DNA from: Zygnema circumcarinatum SAG 698-1b
Taxonomy: Eukaryota > Plantae > Zygnematophyceae
Direction of reading: 5' to 3'
Assembly (NCBI GenBank): GCA_037447605.1
Contig: CM074812.1
Location: 2,666,001-2,730,000 of the forward strand
DNA: 64,000 nt
Program-made: the position numbers and the translations under genes
Part shown: in pieces, positions 60,060 to 64,000 of the stretch
How the letters are laid out: each line of letters opens with the position of its first letter
Position numbering within the stretch: the stretch's first letter is position 1
Notes under the pieces: generated by a model
Told to the model about the DNA's origin: nothing
The model's database searches: none
Seen by the model: only the letters and a program-made list of their open reading frames with translations

Positions 60060-62185
60060 CTTCGCTCTCGTTCTCACTCCCGCGCATTCCCCTCCCGCTA
60101 TTTCGCTCTCCTTCTCTGCTCTCTTTCCCCCTGCGCCTCTCCCCACCTTTTCCTTTCTTTCGTCCTCACTCCCTCTAGTTCTGTCTCTCTCCTTCTCCAT
60201 GTCCCTCCCACTCCCTTACTCTTCCTCCCTCCTCTCCTCTCTCTTCTCATGTCCCTCCCTCCTCCTCCTCCTCCTCCCTCCCTCACCCTCCCCTCCCTCC
60301 TCCTCCTCCTCCTCCTCCTCCTCCTCCTCCTCCTCCTCCTCCTCCTCCTCCTCCTCCTCCTCCTCCCTCCCCTCCCTCTCCCTCCTCCTCCCTCCCTCCC
60401 TCCTCCTCCTCCTCCTCCTCCTCCTCCTCCTCCCTCCTCGTCCCTCCTCCCTCCTCCCTCCTCCCTCCTCCTCCTCCTCCTCCTCCTCCCTCCTCCCTCC
60501 CTCCCTCCTCCCTCCCTCACTCCCTCCTCCTCCTCCTCCTCCCTCCTCCTCTCTCTCTCTCATTCTCCTTCATCTCCTCCCTCTCTCCTTCCTCCTCCTC
60601 CCTCTCCGCTTCTGTCCATGTCCCTCATTCCCTCCCTCCCTCCCTCCCTCTCTCTTTCTCTCTTTCTCTCCATGTCCCTCCCTCTCTTTCTTCCTCCCTC
60701 CCTCCCTCTCCCACTTTCTCTCCATGTCCCTCCCTCCCTCACTCACTCTCTCCCTCCCCATGTCCTCCTCCTCCTCCCTCCCTCCCTCCCTCCCTCCCTC
60801 CCTCCCTCNNNNNNNNNNNNNNNNNNNNNNNNNNNNNNNNNNNNNNNNNNNNNNNNNNNNNNNNNNNNNNNNNNNNNNNNNNNNNNNNNNNNNNNNNNNN
60901 NNNNNNNNTCCCTCTCCCTCTCTGACTCTCTCTCTCCCCCTCTCCGTTTCTCTCTTCCTCTCTCTCTCCCCCTCCCTTTTTCTCTCTCTCCCTCTCCCAC
61001 TGTCCCTCTCGTCGTCTCCTTTGCTCCTCTTTCCCTCTCCCGCTCTGACTCTCTCTCTCTCCCCCTCCCTTTTTCTCACTCTCTCCCACTCTCACTGTCC
61101 CTCTCGTCGTCTCTTTTTCTCCTCTTTCCCTCTCCCTCTCTGACTCTCTCTCTCTTCCCCTCCCTTTTTCTCTCTCTCTCTCCCTCTCCCGCTGTCCCTC
61201 TCTCCCTCTCTTTTTCTCCTCTTTCCCTCTCCCTCTCTGACTCTCTCTCTCTCTCCCTCCCTCTCCATTTCTCTCTTTCTCTCTCTCCCACTCCCCCCTC
61301 CCAGTCTCTCTCTCTCTCTCCCTCTCTCACTGTCCCTCTCTCCCTCTCGTTTGCTCCTCTTTCCCTCTCCCTCTCTGACTCTCTCTCACCCTCTCCGTCT
61401 CTCCCTTCCCCTCTCTCTCTCCCCCTCCCTTTTTCTCTCTCTCTCCCTCTCCCACTGTCCCTCTCGTCGTCTCTTTTTCTCCTCTTTCCGCCTCCCTCTC
61501 TGACTCTCCCTCTCTCCCTCCCTCGCCATTTCTCTCTTTCTCTCTCTCCCTCTCTCCCTCTCTCTGTCCCTCTCTCCCTCTCTTTTTCTCCTCTTTCCCC
61601 CTCCTCCTCTGACGCTCTCTCTCTCTCCGTTCCTCTCTTCCTCTCTCCCTCTCCCCCTCCCTTTTTCTCTCTCTCTCCCTCTCCCACTGTCCCTCACTCT
61701 CTCTCTTTTTCTCCTCTTTCCCTCTCCCTCTCTGACTCTCCCTCTCCCTCTCTGACTCTCTCTCTCCCTCCCTCGCCATTTCTCTCTTTCTCTCTCTCCC
61801 TCTCTCCCTCTCTCACTGTCCCTCTCTCCCTCTACTTTTCTCCTCTTTCCCTCTCCCTCACTGATTCTCTCTCTCCCTCTCCGTTTCTCTCTTCCTCTCT
61901 CTCCCTCTCCCCCCTTTCTCTCTCTCTCTCTCCCTCTCCCACTGTCCCCCTCTCCCTCTCTTTTTCTCTTCTTTCCCTTTCCCTCTCTGACTCTCTCTCC
62001 CTCTCCATTGCTCTCTTCCTCTCTCTCTTTGTCTCTCCCTCTCTTTTTCTCCTCTTTCTCTCTCCCTCTCTCACTGTCCGTCTCTCCCTCTCTTCTCTTT
62101 CCCTCTCCCTCTCCCTCTCCCTCTCCCTCTCCCTCGCCCTCTCCCCTTCTTATCCTCCCACTCTCCCCCCCTCTATCTGCCTCTC
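60060..62185. repeat. 2.1-kb polypyrimidine/polypurine (CT/CCT/CCCT) tract containing a 100-N gap
   Basis: Almost G/A-free plus strand; internal longer-period repeats such as ctctgactctctctc..ctcccactgtccctctc. Confidence 0.95.
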
Positions 62186-63121
62186 TGGTCGGGCCTCCTT
62201 TAAGCGTACGTCGAGGCGTCGTCCAATGGCGTCCCTCCACGTGTGCAGTATTACTCCAATGGTTGCATCCACTTATTGCCAACCATTGCCAATTCGGACA
62301 ACCATTGGTCTGCCAACCATTGCCCTTCAAGGTTGGTCAACCAACTGTTGCCGATCCCAAGGTCCGTCACGTGCTTCAAGAACTTGTAACAGTACTCAAG
62401 TGTTTTTCAAAACCAGTACAAATACATCCTCTGTTTCTTTGGGCATTGAGGTACTTAATTCGATTATGAACCCTTGGCGTTTCGATCCGCGCACCTCCCC
62501 CTGTGCAGCGCTGCAAAAGCGCGGGCCTCTGATTGGTCACTTTGGTATACGTGGCATGGTCTGAGGGAATCCACGTCATTGACATGAATTGGACCTACCG
62601 ACATTACCGGTATTACCGACATTATCCACGATGAATCTACGGAACACTTCCGGGTCAAGCGCAGTCAAACTGATTCAAACTGATTTGGAAAGCTACGGGG
62701 GAAGGATCCGACGGTTGCTAATGGTCGGTCCTTAGGGTGGTTGTTTGTACAAACTGAAAATCTTTTGAAGAATTAATGTTGTCCGAACGTCAAGATCTTA
62801 TCAAGATCGGATTCTATTAGATGTTTCTGATACGATGGCGTCATCAGTTGATTGGATGGCGTCGTTTTCTGGCGTATGACGGCATCCATGTGCTCGCTGC
62901 CAAGGGGCGTATCTTTAGAGATTCGAAGATTTATTTTGAAAGATTCGGACTGCACTGATGAGGGGAGCTCAATCTTGAAAAAATCTTTCTTTAAGCGATA
63001 GTGACCGACTTCGACTTGACTTGACTTGACTTGACCAGTTGGAATTTGTCTACCAAATCTAGGGCGTCCACGTAGGACGGACACGGACGGACATACGGAC
63101 ATAGGGATGGCCGTAAAATTA

Positions 63122-63322
63122 GGAGAATGATAGACCTTCCCCCCTTTTTGAATATCCCGTCCCCCTATTTTCGAGAAGAGGTGAGGGGACCGGGGGGGAG
63201 GGAATATCTCCTCCCGAAATAATATCCGAATCAGGGGGAGTTGATAGCCAAAAATGGAAGTGCGAAACGTCCCGAAAAGGGGGGTGGGATATCGAAAAAG
63301 GGAGGAGGGTCTATCATTCTCC
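63122..63322. mobile_element. Short (201-bp) GGAGAATGAT-family MITE
   Basis: ggagaatgatagaccttccccctttttgaatatccc ... gggatatcgaaaaagggaggagggtctatcattctcc; flanks TAAAATTA / TAATATTA (7 of 8 match). Confidence 0.7.
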
Positions 63323-63333
63323 TAATATTAATA

Positions 63334-63532
63334 GGGGGAGTCAGACCTCGACCATCGCCAAATCAATTTCGTAAGCCTGTCGGGCGAATTAAGATTGGCT
63401 AGGTACGCATTTCGGAACGGCTGTGTACGGCGGAGCCGCGGATCCCGACCCGAAATTCGTACACGAAAGAAGTGACTTTCAGTATAAGGAATTCGGGAAT
63501 TTCGTAAGCGTTGGTCAAGGTTTGACTCCCCC
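63334..63532. mobile_element. About 200-bp MITE, inverted copy of 25832-26034
   Basis: TA|GGGGGAGTCAGACCTCGACCATCGCC...GGTCAAGGTTTGACTCCCCC|TA. Confidence 0.8.
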
Positions 63533-64000
63533 TATTGTCTTCTTTTGAATTAACCAGAAAACAAAGAACAAAAAATTATGGTCGATTTAAAATTAGGGAA
63601 TTACTATTCACACACCTCTTTTGTCTATATACACACCTTTGAGACAAGGAAAGAGGGAGGAGTTTTTAGGGTTTTTTTGTGCATCTGCCCCGAGGTAATA
63701 GCGGAGGAGTTCTGCAAACTGAAACTGTGCATGGGACCGTTCAGATTTACAGATAGTTTTTTGCTTAACCTCAGGGCCACAAGAAAACCACGAGGAATTG
63801 ACTCGCTGCCCCAGACCTTAATAACCCTAAAACCTAGAACGCTAATACCCTAAACCCTTAAACCCTACTAAGTGAAGTCGACAAAACCGCACTAATCAGT
63901 AAGAAGAACAGAGAGAGAGAAACTAATAGACAGATAGATATCTTCTATTTCATTCTCTATCTCTATTCTATCTCTATTCATCTCTATAAAGATGTTTTTT

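Noticed and set aside
62462-62535. tRNA-iMet-like sequence on the minus strand (ATCAGAG...AGGT..GGATCGAAAC)
   Set aside because: Spacing is too short, with no anticodon arm, no paired T-stem and no complementary 3' acceptor strand.

Overview
Eukaryotic, plant-type genomic DNA: spliceosomal GT-AG introns, TTTAGGG-like repeats and long GA/CT microsatellite tracts. The host is probably a streptophyte alga or early-diverging plant (inference). The assembly is fragmented, with nine 10-N gaps and one 100-N gap, three of them flanked by duplicated sequence. Five genes can be reconstructed by hand. (1) A CDPK-like pseudokinase on the minus strand, running off the left edge, with lost catalytic motifs and one in-frame TAA. 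(2, 3) A tail-to-tail pair of recently duplicated receptor-like kinases with near-identical signal-peptide, TM and kinase exons but different ectodomains: PAN only, versus hevein/CBM18 + legume lectin + 2x PAN + Pro-rich micro-exon stalk. Every ectodomain exon is phase 1-1. (4) A 17-exon FAB1/PIKfyve PI3P 5-kinase with large in-frame microsatellite-like insertions. (5) A 3-exon plastid-targeted membrane protein. Intergenic DNA holds nested non-autonomous DNA transposons (a MULE with 9-bp TSD, Tc1/mariner-type MITEs, long-TIR foldbacks), a 560-bp hairpin and a 52-bp minisatellite with higher-order structure. Most long ORFs in the supplied track are spurious low-complexity readings. The most novel item is the modular hevein-lectin-PAN receptor kinase and its ectodomain-swapped paralogue. 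All alignments and exon models were made by eye; no searches were run.
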